Positions 34,120-42,403 are shown, counted from the stretch's first letter. The stretch: 56,101 bases of DNA from Acidobacteriota bacterium (GCA_045402695.1 JAWPNA010000030.1:1-56101); one strand, 5' to 3'. Made by a program: numbers and translations. The notes: a model not told the origin generated them from the sequence alone.

Positions 34120-35385
34120 ATGCACTGCCTGACAGGCGCACTGCGCGCCGCCATCGTGGCCGCCGGGGTTGTCTGCCTGACGGCTCCGTCCGCCCATGCC
34201 CGTGACGCGAGTCTGGACTGGCCGCAGTACCGGGGCGCGCGGCGCGACGGAGTATCGGCTGCCTCGGGGCTTCTGAGGAGCTGGCCCGACAGCGGTCCGT
34301 CCGTGATGTGGCGCCGCGCGATCGGCGACGGGGTCTCCGGTATCGCTGTGTCGGCTGACCGTCTGTACACGATGGACTCCGACCCCAACTCCGAGATCGC
34401 GGTCTGCCTCAAGACCGGCACGGGCGAGGAGATCTGGAGGACGCCGCTGGGCCCGCGGTTCGTGGAGGAGTTCGGCGATGGCCCGCGCGCCACGCCTGCC
34501 GTGGATGGAGACCTGGTCTTCGACCTCTCTTCGTATGGGAAGCTCTTCGCGCTGAAGGTCGCCGACGGATCCAAGGTCTGGGAGGTCGATCTGGCGGCGA
34601 CGTTCGGCGGGCGCGTGCCCCGGCGCGGCGCCGGTTCGTCCCCGCTCGTGGACGGAGATCTGGTGATCGTCGAGGGCGGCGGAAGCGAGGGGAAGGCCAT
34701 CCAGGCTCTGGACAGAAAGACCGGGCAGACCCGGTGGACATCGCAGAACGGAGGCGCCGGCTATGCTTCGGCGATCGCCGCGACGATCAACGGCGTGCAT
34801 CAGGTGATCTTCGCGCGGACCGGCAGCGGCGAGATCCTCGCGCTTTCCCTGACGGGCGAGCTCCTCTGGAAACACTCCTGGACCCCCGGCGTCATCGCGA
34901 TGCCGCTGTTCGTGCCGCCGAACATGATCTTCGCATCGGCCGCGGACGACGTCGGCTCCATTCTCATCGAGGCAGTGACGCAGGACGGCAAACCCATGGC
35001 GAAGCAGGTATGGTCCAGCCGCTCGATGAGGAACCACTTCAACTCCTCCCTGCTGGTGGGCGGCCACATCTACGGATTCGACAATGCCACGCTGAAGTGC
35101 ATCTCGGTGGAAACCGGAGAACAGAAGTGGGTGCAGCGCGGCTTCGGCAAGGGATCGCTCATCGCCGCCGCCGGCCTGCTTATCATCCTGGGCGATCAGG
35201 GCGTCCTTGCCCTGGCCGATGCCTCCCCGGAGGGGTACCGCGAGCGCGGACGATTCCAGGCATTGAGCGGCAAGGCGTGGACCTCGCCGACGCTGGCCGG
35301 GGGGCGCCTCTACCTCCGCGATCAGGACGAGATCGTGAGTCTGGATCTCCGCTCCGGCAGGAGCGCGTCGTCAGGGATGCCGTGA
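34120..35385 (+). CDS. Exported PQQ-like beta-propeller repeat protein, paralogue P6 (close paralogue of P1)
   Basis: A GGGAGG RBS at 34104-34109 precedes the ATG at 34120. Signal peptide MHCLTGALRAAIVAAGVVCLTAPSAHA, then DWPQYRGARRDGVS. It shares long strings with P1 (SMRNHFNSS, GGHIYGFDNATLKC, PTLAGGRLYLRDQ). Confidence 0.85.
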   Translation: MHCLTGALRAAIVAAGVVCLTAPSAHARDASLDWPQYRGARRDGVSAASGLLRSWPDSGPSVMWRRAIGDGVSGIAVSADRLYTMDSDPNSEIAVCLKTGTGEEIWRTPLGPRFVEEFGDGPRATPAVDGDLVFDLSSYGKLFALKVADGSKVWEVDLAATFGGRVPRRGAGSSPLVDGDLVIVEGGGSEGKAIQALDRKTGQTRWTSQNGGAGYASAIAATINGVHQVIFARTGSGEILALSLTGELLWKHSWTPGVIAMPLFVPPNMIFASAADDVGSILIEAVTQDGKPMAKQVWSSRSMRNHFNSSLLVGGHIYGFDNATLKCISVETGEQKWVQRGFGKGSLIAAAGLLIILGDQGVLALADASPEGYRERGRFQALSGKAWTSPTLAGGRLYLRDQDEIVSLDLRSGRSASSGMP

Positions 35386-36572
35386 TGCGCGCGGTGCGTC
35401 GCACCCTGACCGCTGCGGTGCTGCTGGTCGTGGTTCCCGCTGCCGCTGCCCGCGCGGCGTCCCCGATGAGCGTCGAGGACGTGCTGCGCCGCCACGTCAT
35501 CGCGCGCGGCGGAGAGGAGACGTGGCGTTCGGTGAGATCGCTCGAGATCTCCGGCACCCAGACGACGTTCAGCACGCCCAGCCCCTTCACTCTCTACCGC
35601 GCACGCCCGAACCTGTACCGCCTCGAGCAGACGATTATGAGACGCCCGGTGGTGGAGGTGTTTGACGGCTCGCGGGCCTGGTGGATCAACGGCCTCATGG
35701 GAAACTCCTGGCCTTTGCCGGTGCCCCTTTCCCGCTCCGGCTATATCCGCAAGGAATCCGATTTCGACACGCCACTGATCGGACACGCGCTCGAACACGG
35801 GGGCGGCGAACTCAAGGTGGAGCTGGCCGGGCTCGAGGAGTTCGAGGGAGCAAGAGCATACAAGCTGAAGGTGACCGCCAAGGGGAACGGTGGAGAGGGC
35901 GGCGAGGAGACATGGTATCTCGACCAGACCACTTTCCTGGAGATCGCGCGGATCTCGCCGACCGAGGACTTCGGTCAGGAGTTGGAGAAACGGTCGTACT
36001 TCTCGGACTTCCGCGCGGTGGGGGGCCTGACGATGCCTCACCGGATCGAGATGGAATTCGGCACCCGCAACGTGGTGCTCGAAATCAAGATGGTGAAGAT
36101 CAATCCCGACCTGTCCGCCGATCGGTTCCGCATGCCGCTCCCGGAGGGGATGGCTATCCTGAATCCGCTCGCGGGAGAATGGGCGGTCAAGGTCGAGACA
36201 CAGCCTGATCCGCGCGCGCCCTGGGTCGAGAAGACGGCCACAGCCTCGATCAAGCTGCTGCTGGACGGCGGCATGATCGAAGAGCGGCTCACCTACACGG
36301 ACCAGGGACTCCCGGTCGAGCTGGTGCGAGCCTGGTCATACGACCAGTTCCAGAAGCTGTACCGCGTCACCCAGGCCGACAACTACACGTTCCACCAGAA
36401 CGTGCTCGAAGGGACGCTCGCCGAGGGGCGCCTGACGGCAAGCAACGAGAAGAGCGGCACGACGTGGAAGACGCCCGATGAGACCTTTCACGCCCGCGTG
36501 ATCCTGCACGACATCCAGAAAGACACCTTCAAAGTGGACTCCGAGGTCTCCACCGATGGCGCCAAGACCTAG
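35385..36572 (+). CDS. Exported two-domain protein: N-terminal LolA/lipoprotein-sorting-like domain (suspected) plus C-terminal DUF1579-like domain
   Basis: The ATG overlaps the P6 stop (TGATG at 35383-35387). Signal peptide MRAVRRTLTAAVLLVVVPAAAARA. The N-terminal half (VEDVLRRHVIARGGEETWRSVRSLEISG...AYKLKVT...WYLDQTTFL) resembles outer-membrane lipoprotein-sorting (LolA-fold) proteins from memory. The C-terminal half (LAGEWAVKVE...LLLDGGMIEERL) resembles DUF1579. Confidence 0.65.
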   Translation: MRAVRRTLTAAVLLVVVPAAAARAASPMSVEDVLRRHVIARGGEETWRSVRSLEISGTQTTFSTPSPFTLYRARPNLYRLEQTIMRRPVVEVFDGSRAWWINGLMGNSWPLPVPLSRSGYIRKESDFDTPLIGHALEHGGGELKVELAGLEEFEGARAYKLKVTAKGNGGEGGEETWYLDQTTFLEIARISPTEDFGQELEKRSYFSDFRAVGGLTMPHRIEMEFGTRNVVLEIKMVKINPDLSADRFRMPLPEGMAILNPLAGEWAVKVETQPDPRAPWVEKTATASIKLLLDGGMIEERLTYTDQGLPVELVRAWSYDQFQKLYRVTQADNYTFHQNVLEGTLAEGRLTASNEKSGTTWKTPDETFHARVILHDIQKDTFKVDSEVSTDGAKT

Positions 36573-37239
36573 CTCCCCGAGGCGAAGTACACCTACACGC
36601 GCAAGTAGCCGGACAGGGCTCACACGGTCAGCGGGGATTCTCCCCTCTTCCTTCTACGCCCGCCCGGCTCTCGAGGTGGCGCCGGATCTGCTGGGCAAGA
36701 TCCTCTGCCATCGGCGCCGTGGTGGATCGGGCGGGCTCATGACCTCGGGTCGCATCGTCGAAGTGGAGGCCTATCTCGGAAGCGACGACCCGGCGTCTCA
36801 CGGGTACCGGGGGATGACTCCGCGCAACCGCGTGATGTTCGGCCCGCCCGGCCGCGCCTACGTCTACTTTACCTACGGCAACCACTTCTGCATGAACGTC
36901 GTGACGGGCGTGGACGGCGCTGCGTCGGCCGTCCTGATCCGGGCGCTGGAACCCCTCACGGGCATTCCGGCGATGCGCCGGCGAAGGGCCCGGGTGCTGC
37001 TGGAAGATCTCGCGTCGGGGCCGGGCAAGCTGACGCAAGCGCTCGGCATCGGCCGCCCGTGCAACGGCCTGGACCTCACGCTCGAGCCGCTGTGGATCCG
37101 CGAGGACGGCGCCCCCGTGCCGGCCTTCATCCAGACTCCACGGATCGGGATCCGCGAGGGGGCCGACCGTCTCTACCGGTTCGTGGTACCCGACTCGGCC
37201 TGCATCTCGCGCAGACCGCGCCGGCGCCTCGTTACGTGA
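36556..37239 (+). CDS. mpg: DNA-3-methyladenine glycosylase (AAG/Mpg family)
   Basis: The segments FYARPALEVAPDLLGKIL, GRIVEVEAYLGSDDPASHGYRGMTPRNRVMFGPPGRAYVYFTYGNHFCMNVV and GPGKLTQALGI are characteristic of Mpg. The start is uncertain. ATG 36556 overlaps the upstream gene by 17 nt. Confidence 0.85.
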   Translation: MAPRPSSPRRSTPTRASSRTGLTRSAGILPSSFYARPALEVAPDLLGKILCHRRRGGSGGLMTSGRIVEVEAYLGSDDPASHGYRGMTPRNRVMFGPPGRAYVYFTYGNHFCMNVVTGVDGAASAVLIRALEPLTGIPAMRRRRARVLLEDLASGPGKLTQALGIGRPCNGLDLTLEPLWIREDGAPVPAFIQTPRIGIREGADRLYRFVVPDSACISRRPRRRLVT

Positions 37240-37654
37240 CGACCCGGCGCTCGGGATACTGAAGTGTCCCGTCCTGGATCTCGTACCAGGGCACCTTGCT
37301 TCGCACGAAGATGTGGTGCTCGGGTTTCCGGTGCAGCGGCGTGTCGAGCGTGGCCGCCGTGAAATCAATGAAGCCCGCGTGCGTCTCGCGCTCCCATGTG
37401 ATGATCGAGCCGCATTCCCGGCAGAAGGACCGCACCGCTCCGGAATCGGCCCGGTGCCTCGAGAGCCGGTCCTCCCCCTGAAGGAAGTTGAACTGCGGGC
37501 GCGGTATGCAGATGAACGTCGCGAATACGGCGCCGTGACTCTTCCTGCAATCCGTGCAGTGACAGTTGCCCATGCTCCCCATCTGCCCGCTGGCCCGGTA
37601 GCGGACCTTCCCGCAGAGGCATGATCCTTCCATGGTCTCTCCCGCCGTCGTCAT
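37232..37654 (-). CDS. GFA-family (CENP-V/glutathione-dependent formaldehyde-activating-like) zinc protein
   Basis: The motifs GSCLCGKVRY and CHCTDCRKSHGAVF are present. I chose ATG 37654 because an AAGGAGG RBS lies ~5 nt upstream. There is an 8-nt convergent overlap with the mpg 3' end. Confidence 0.8.
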   Translation of the reverse strand: MTTAGETMEGSCLCGKVRYRASGQMGSMGNCHCTDCRKSHGAVFATFICIPRPQFNFLQGEDRLSRHRADSGAVRSFCRECGSIITWERETHAGFIDFTAATLDTPLHRKPEHHIFVRSKVPWYEIQDGTLQYPERRVVT

Positions 37655-37676
37655 CGCCGCCTCCTTCCGTTCCATA

Positions 37677-39062
37677 TCACACGATGGAAAGGTCCGGCCT
37701 GGACGATCCTTCGAGGATCTCCACCAGGATCCGGAGTCCCTTCTCGAGCTGCGACCTGGTGCGGGCCGCTCCGAGACACACCCTCACTGCGTCGGGAGGC
37801 GCCCCCTCCACGGTGAAGGCCTCCGCCGGAGTCACCGCCACGCCGCGCTGCAGTGCCCGCGTCACGAAGCGCGCTCCCAGCCACGGCTTGGGAAGCTCCA
37901 TCCAGAGGTGATAGCTGTGCGGGTGCGTGCTGATCGTCCACGCGCGCAGGATCTCCGTCGCCATCCTCTGGCGGAACGATGCCTCCTCCCTCTTGCGCTT
38001 CAGGAAGTTGTCGGCCGTGCCCTCATGGATCCAGAGGGCCGCAATCTCCGCCATCAGCGGAGCCGCCATCCAAGTGGTCGCGTGGATCCCCGCGGTGAGG
38101 CGCTCTAAGAACCTCCTCGGGGTCAGCACGTAGGCGATGCGCAGCCCCGGCGCGAGGCTCTTGGAGAGGCTGGAGATGTGGAAGCTGCTGTCCGGCGCGA
38201 AGGTGCACAACGGCCCGGGGCGGTCCTCGGGCAGCAAGCCGTAGATGTCGTCCTCGACGAGGACGACTCGGTGCGCCTCGGCGATCGCCGCGATCTCGCG
38301 CCGGCGCTCCGCGGGCATCACCGACGCGGTGGGGTTCTGGATGGTCGGCACGCAGTACAGGAGCTTCGGAGCATGCTTCCGGCACGCCTGCTCGAAGGCG
38401 TCAGGCCTGATCCCTTCCGCATCAATCTCGACCCCCTTCAGATCGAGATGCAGCAGCGCCGCGACCGACTTCATCCCGGGATAGGTCAGACGCTCCGCCA
38501 GGACCACGTCCCCCGGAGAGGTCATGCTGGAGAAGATGATCGTCATCGCGTGCTGCGCGCCGCTGCACACGACAATCTGGTCGGGCGACGCCTCGAGTCC
38601 CGCGCGCGCGAGCCAGGCCGCTCCGGCGGCCCGATGGCGCGCCGACCCCGCGTGCGGCTGGTACTCCAGCAGGGACGTGAGACCGCGGCGCGACGCCAGG
38701 GTTGTCAGCGTCGCGGCCATCTCTCGATCGCCGATGTCGCTGATCGGAAAGTTGAGGCTCAGGTCGATGACTCCGGACGTCTCTTCCGCGGCCTGGGCAG
38801 CGTCTTCAGCGTGAGCATGGCTCCTGTTCACGAAGGTGCCACGCCCGACCTCCCCCCGGACGAGGCCGCGCCGGTATGACTCAGCATAGGCGCGAGACAC
38901 GGTGCCGACGGTGACACCCAGACGGTCGGCCAGATCCCGGTGCGTCGGGAGCCGCGAGCCCGGTTCGAGTTTTCCGGAGGTAATGTCCCTCGCCAGCGCT
39001 TCCGCAATCGCCCGATATCGCGGGCCTTTTTGCTTCTCGATGTTGGGTGCCCAACTTGTCAC
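37677..39062 (-). CDS. MocR/GabR-family transcriptional regulator (GntR-type HTH fused to a PLP aminotransferase-like domain)
   Basis: An N-terminal wHTH (LPTHRDLADRLGVTVGTVSRAYAESYRRGLV) is fused to a fold-type-I aminotransferase-like domain with the PLP-Lys context SSLSKSLAPGLRIAY. GTG start at 39062 (uncertain). Confidence 0.85.
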   Translation of the reverse strand: MTSWAPNIEKQKGPRYRAIAEALARDITSGKLEPGSRLPTHRDLADRLGVTVGTVSRAYAESYRRGLVRGEVGRGTFVNRSHAHAEDAAQAAEETSGVIDLSLNFPISDIGDREMAATLTTLASRRGLTSLLEYQPHAGSARHRAAGAAWLARAGLEASPDQIVVCSGAQHAMTIIFSSMTSPGDVVLAERLTYPGMKSVAALLHLDLKGVEIDAEGIRPDAFEQACRKHAPKLLYCVPTIQNPTASVMPAERRREIAAIAEAHRVVLVEDDIYGLLPEDRPGPLCTFAPDSSFHISSLSKSLAPGLRIAYVLTPRRFLERLTAGIHATTWMAAPLMAEIAALWIHEGTADNFLKRKREEASFRQRMATEILRAWTISTHPHSYHLWMELPKPWLGARFVTRALQRGVAVTPAEAFTVEGAPPDAVRVCLGAARTRSQLEKGLRILVEILEGSSRPDLSIV

Positions 39063-39079
39063 GGTGACAATATTTACGT

Positions 39080-39109
39080 TGACACTGCGAGAATGTCAAG
39101 TACATTATG
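39080..39109 (+). promoter_or_regulatory. Candidate sigma70-type promoter for the decarboxylase operon (TTGACA-N18-CATTAT)
   Basis: A consensus -35 hexamer TTGACA lies at 39080-39085 and a -10-like CATTAT at 39104-39109. A second TTGACA lies on the opposite strand (TGTCAA at 39094-39099), so the two -35-like hexamers form an inverted repeat. This is prediction only. Confidence 0.3.
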
Positions 39110-39130
39110 CGTACAATCATTGACTGGCCC

Positions 39131-39152
39131 CAGATTGTATCAATACAATCTG
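39131..39152. promoter_or_regulatory. Perfect 10-bp inverted repeat (CAGATTGTAT-ca-ATACAATCTG), candidate MocR-regulator operator
   Basis: The palindrome was read directly from the sequence in the AT-rich gap between the divergent regulator and decarboxylase genes. The half-site TACAATC also occurs at 39112-39118, 32 bp upstream of the copy at 39144-39150. Confidence 0.5.
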
Positions 39153-39174
39153 GCGCACGGCTGGGAGGCACCCC

Positions 39175-40599
39175 TTGGATCACTCACGGTTGCTGGCGCG
39201 GGCGCGCGGTCTGGCGAGCACGTACCTCGAGAAGCTCCCGTCGCGCGGGGTGGCCGCCTCGGGCTCCCGCGAAGAGCTGCTCTGTGCGCTCGGTGGGCCG
39301 ATGCCGGCGGACAGCGAGGATCCCGAAGCAGTGATCCTCGCCCTCGCGGCAGGAGCCGATCGGGGGCTGGTGGCCAGCGCCGGCCCGCGCTACTTCGGCT
39401 TCGTGATCGGAGGCAGCCTGCCCGCGGCCCTCGCCTCCGACTGGCTCGTCTCCGCATGGGATCAGAACGCGGGCCTGTACGCCGGATCTCCAGCCGCCTC
39501 GGTGATCGAGGAGGTGGCGGCGGGCTGGATCCTGGATCTGCTCGGACTGCCCGGGAAGGCGGCGGTGGGGTTCGTGACCGGCGGTCAGATGGCGAACTTC
39601 ACATGCCTGGCCGCGGCCCGCCACGAAATCCTGAAGCGCATCGGGTGGGACGTAGAAGCAAGCGGCCTGTCCGGAGCGCCGAGAGTCCAGGTCATCATCG
39701 GCGAGGAGGCCCACGTCACCATTTTGTCGTCCCTGCGCCTGCTCGGGCTTGGAATCGATCGGACCGTGCGCGTGCCGTCCGACGATCAGGGCCGGATGAT
39801 CCCCTCCGAGCTGCGGAGCGCCCTCGCGCGCCGCGAGCCGCCGCTGATCGTCTGCGCGCAGGCGGGAAACGTGAACACGGGTGCCTTCGACCGGCTCGGC
39901 GAGATCGGGGAAATCTCCCACGCGCGGCAGGCATGGCTCCACGTGGACGGGGCGTTCGGCCTCTGGGCCGCCGCGGCGCCATCGCTGCGCGATCAAACCA
40001 ACGGTATGGCATCCGCCGACTCGTGGGCGGTGGACGCCCACAAGTGGCTCAATGTCCCGTACGATTGCGGCATCGCGATCGTCGCCCACCCAGGCGCGCT
40101 GCGGGCTTCGATGGGGGCGACCGCTTCCTACCTCGTCTCAGGCCACGGCGAAGAGAGGGACCCGCTCGAGTTCGTCCCAGAGTTCTCGCGGCGGGCGCGC
40201 GGCGTGCCGGTCTACGCAGCGCTCCGCTCGCTGGGGCGCCGCGGCCTTGCCGATCTGCTGGAGCGGTGCTGCGCCCACGCGCGCCTGATGGCCGGCCTGC
40301 TGGCCGGATCGGCGCTCGGGCGAGTGCTCAACGACATCGTGCTGAACCAGGTGCTCGTGCAGTTCGTCCCCCCCGGTGGCGGTGACGCCGACAGGTTCAC
40401 GCACGCGGTGATCGCGCGCGTGCAGCGCGACGGCACCTGCTGGGCGGGCGGCACGGCCTGGCGCGGGAACGCGGCGATGCGGATCTCGGTCTCGAACTGG
40501 TCCACCACACGCGAGGACATCGAGCGCTCGGCCGAGGCGATCCTGCGCGCGGCTCGGGAAGAGCAGGCCGCATGGTCCCGCCGGATTCACGCCCCTTGA
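39175..40599 (+). CDS. Pyridoxal-dependent (group II) amino-acid decarboxylase
   Basis: The PLP-lysine context SWAVDAHKWLNVPYDCG is present, and the 474-aa length fits. The TTG start at 39175 lies 6 nt after a GGGAGG RBS (39163-39168). Confidence 0.85.
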   Translation: MDHSRLLARARGLASTYLEKLPSRGVAASGSREELLCALGGPMPADSEDPEAVILALAAGADRGLVASAGPRYFGFVIGGSLPAALASDWLVSAWDQNAGLYAGSPAASVIEEVAAGWILDLLGLPGKAAVGFVTGGQMANFTCLAAARHEILKRIGWDVEASGLSGAPRVQVIIGEEAHVTILSSLRLLGLGIDRTVRVPSDDQGRMIPSELRSALARREPPLIVCAQAGNVNTGAFDRLGEIGEISHARQAWLHVDGAFGLWAAAAPSLRDQTNGMASADSWAVDAHKWLNVPYDCGIAIVAHPGALRASMGATASYLVSGHGEERDPLEFVPEFSRRARGVPVYAALRSLGRRGLADLLERCCAHARLMAGLLAGSALGRVLNDIVLNQVLVQFVPPGGGDADRFTHAVIARVQRDGTCWAGGTAWRGNAAMRISVSNWSTTREDIERSAEAILRAAREEQAAWSRRIHAP

Positions 40600-40633
40600 A
40601 GGATGGAGCATGTCGCATGACGGAGGAAGATGA

Positions 40634-41800
40634 ATGAACACACCCACACCATCGCGCAGGTTCGAGACGCTCGCGGTCCACTCGGGCGAGCGGCGTCCCG
40701 GGCCGCAAGGGTCTCTCGTGTTTCCGATCTACCAGGCGACGGTCTACAGCATCGAGCCGGGCACCGGCTACCACGATCAGCAGTACATCCGCCTCAACAG
40801 CACCCCCTCGCAGGTCTACCTTCACGAGAAGCTGGCAGCGCTGGAGGGAGCCGAGGCCGCGGTGGCCACGGCCTCGGGCATGGCGGCCCTCTCCGCCACC
40901 ATGCTCACGCTGCTGCACCAGGGAGACCACTTCCTGGCCGCCGGCTGTCTGTACGGAGGCTCGCATGACTTGATCGCCCATTACGCCAAGGCGCTGGGGC
41001 TGAGCTGGACCTTCGTGGACACGCAAGATCCGGACACCTGGACAGCCGCCCTCACGCCGCGCACGCGGATGTTCCACCTGGAGGCGATCGCGAATCCTCT
41101 GATGCGGGTGCCGCGCCTGAAGGAAGCGGTGGCCTTCTGCCGCCGGCACGACCTGGTGAGCCTGATCGACAGCACCTTCGCCAGTCCGGTGAACCTGCAG
41201 CCACTCTCGCTGGGGATCGATCTCGTGTTTCACAGCGCGACCAAGTACCTCAACGGCCACTCGGATCTCGCCGCCGGTTGCGTCATGGGAAGCAGAAAGA
41301 TGATCGAGGAGATCCGGAAGACCATGAACCACTTCGGAGGCACCCTTGATCCGCACGCAGGTTTCCTGCTGGCGCGCGGGATCAAGACACTCGCGCTGCG
41401 GGTGAGGGCCGCGAACGCGAATGGCCTCGCGCTGGCGCGATTCCTCTCGACCCATCCGAAGGTGCGCGAGGTTAACTACCCGGGACTTGAGGACCATCCG
41501 GATCACGGCCATGCCCGCGAGCTGCTCTCCGGTTTCTCGGGGATGTTGAGTCTGAGGCTGAAGGGCGGAGCCCCCGCCGCCCGGCGGCTGATCGAGTCGG
41601 TTCGCCTCCCCTATCCGGCCCCGAGCCTGGGGGGCGTCGAGTCGCTGATCACCCAGCCGGCGCTTACGTCGCATGCCGGGATGTCGCCCGAGGAGAGAGA
41701 GCGTGTCGGGGTGACCGAGGACCTCGTGCGCGTGAGCTGCGGTATCGAGCACACCGAGGACCTCGTGGAGGACTTCAGGCAGGCCCTCGATCGCGTGTAA
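40634..41800 (+). CDS. Cys/Met-metabolism PLP enzyme (cystathionine gamma-synthase / methionine gamma-lyase family)
   Basis: The N-terminus FETLAVHSGE and the PLP-Lys motif FHSATKYLNGHSD are present, with SLGGVESL near the C-terminus. A GGAGG RBS lies at 40622-40626. Confidence 0.9.
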   Translation: MNTPTPSRRFETLAVHSGERRPGPQGSLVFPIYQATVYSIEPGTGYHDQQYIRLNSTPSQVYLHEKLAALEGAEAAVATASGMAALSATMLTLLHQGDHFLAAGCLYGGSHDLIAHYAKALGLSWTFVDTQDPDTWTAALTPRTRMFHLEAIANPLMRVPRLKEAVAFCRRHDLVSLIDSTFASPVNLQPLSLGIDLVFHSATKYLNGHSDLAAGCVMGSRKMIEEIRKTMNHFGGTLDPHAGFLLARGIKTLALRVRAANANGLALARFLSTHPKVREVNYPGLEDHPDHGHARELLSGFSGMLSLRLKGGAPAARRLIESVRLPYPAPSLGGVESLITQPALTSHAGMSPEERERVGVTEDLVRVSCGIEHTEDLVEDFRQALDRV

Positions 41801-41802
41801 GG

Positions 41803-42351
41803 ATGCCGAAGACAACGGAAGTCAACGAGCGCGAGGCGCTTCGCCTGCTGGATACGATTCTCGGACGCGCCCCCGTGCGGGCCGGGCTCGAGCCGATCGT
41901 GCAGCGGGTGGAAAGGAGTCTCCTTGAAGATCCTGGCGCCATCATGGCGTACGAGTCGGTGCCCCTCTCACTGTACGGCGAGAAGCTGCCCGATTCGATC
42001 GGCTCGAGCTGGATCTTCATCCTGCGCGCCGGCGTGGTCACGGGCGCCGAGCGCCATCCCAACAGCCGCCAGAGGATGATGTCGTACCGGGGCACCGGCG
42101 ATCTCCAGTCGCGGCCCGGCGCGGCGTGGCAGTCGCATCACCTCGTGAGCGATCCCGAGGCGCCGCTTTCGAAGCGATGGGTTTCGATCCCGCCGTGGAC
42201 CTGGCACCAGGCCATCGTGCCTGGGGAGAACGTACCTCGGGAGAACTGGGTCGTCGTGTCGTACCACACCGTGCCTGATGTCGAGCTGATCGAGGAACGG
42301 CCCGATCCCGCCAATCCCGATCTCATCCGCCGGCGCCGGTACCTGGAGTAG
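41803..42351 (+). CDS. Hypothetical protein, possibly cupin-fold
   Basis: 182-aa ORF starting 2 nt after the upstream stop, which suggests operon membership. The beta-rich sequence has a HPNSRQ...WTWHQ pattern reminiscent of degenerate cupin metal motifs. No family was recognised with confidence. Confidence 0.55.
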   Translation: MPKTTEVNEREALRLLDTILGRAPVRAGLEPIVQRVERSLLEDPGAIMAYESVPLSLYGEKLPDSIGSSWIFILRAGVVTGAERHPNSRQRMMSYRGTGDLQSRPGAAWQSHHLVSDPEAPLSKRWVSIPPWTWHQAIVPGENVPRENWVVVSYHTVPDVELIEERPDPANPDLIRRRRYLE

Positions 42352-42364
42352 ACCCCGTATTGGT

Positions 42365-42384
42365 GATGGTTGGCGATGGTTGGC
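42365..42384. repeat. Tandem 10-bp duplication (GATGGTTGGC x2) in a convergent intergenic gap
   Basis: Read directly from the sequence: copies at 42365-42374 and 42375-42384. Confidence 0.6.
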
Positions 42385-42403
42385 GACGGCTCGATCGGTG
42401 CCG

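Noticed and set aside
20498-35385. Calling the six propellers PQQ-dependent alcohol/glucose dehydrogenases
   Set aside because: Four of the six are only 380-420 aa, the size of BamB-like PQQ-repeat scaffolds and not ~600-aa quinoproteins. P3 and P4 are longer, but only through a linker and extra non-propeller domains. No pqq biosynthesis genes or cytochrome partners are present. I could not see the quinoprotein Cys-Cys or Trp-docking signatures by eye. I therefore kept the neutral call of PQQ-like repeat propeller.
42365-42384. Tandem GATGGTTGGC duplication as a functional element
   Set aside because: There are only two copies in a 52-nt convergent gap. It is most simply a slippage duplication, so I recorded it as a repeat feature and did not pursue it.
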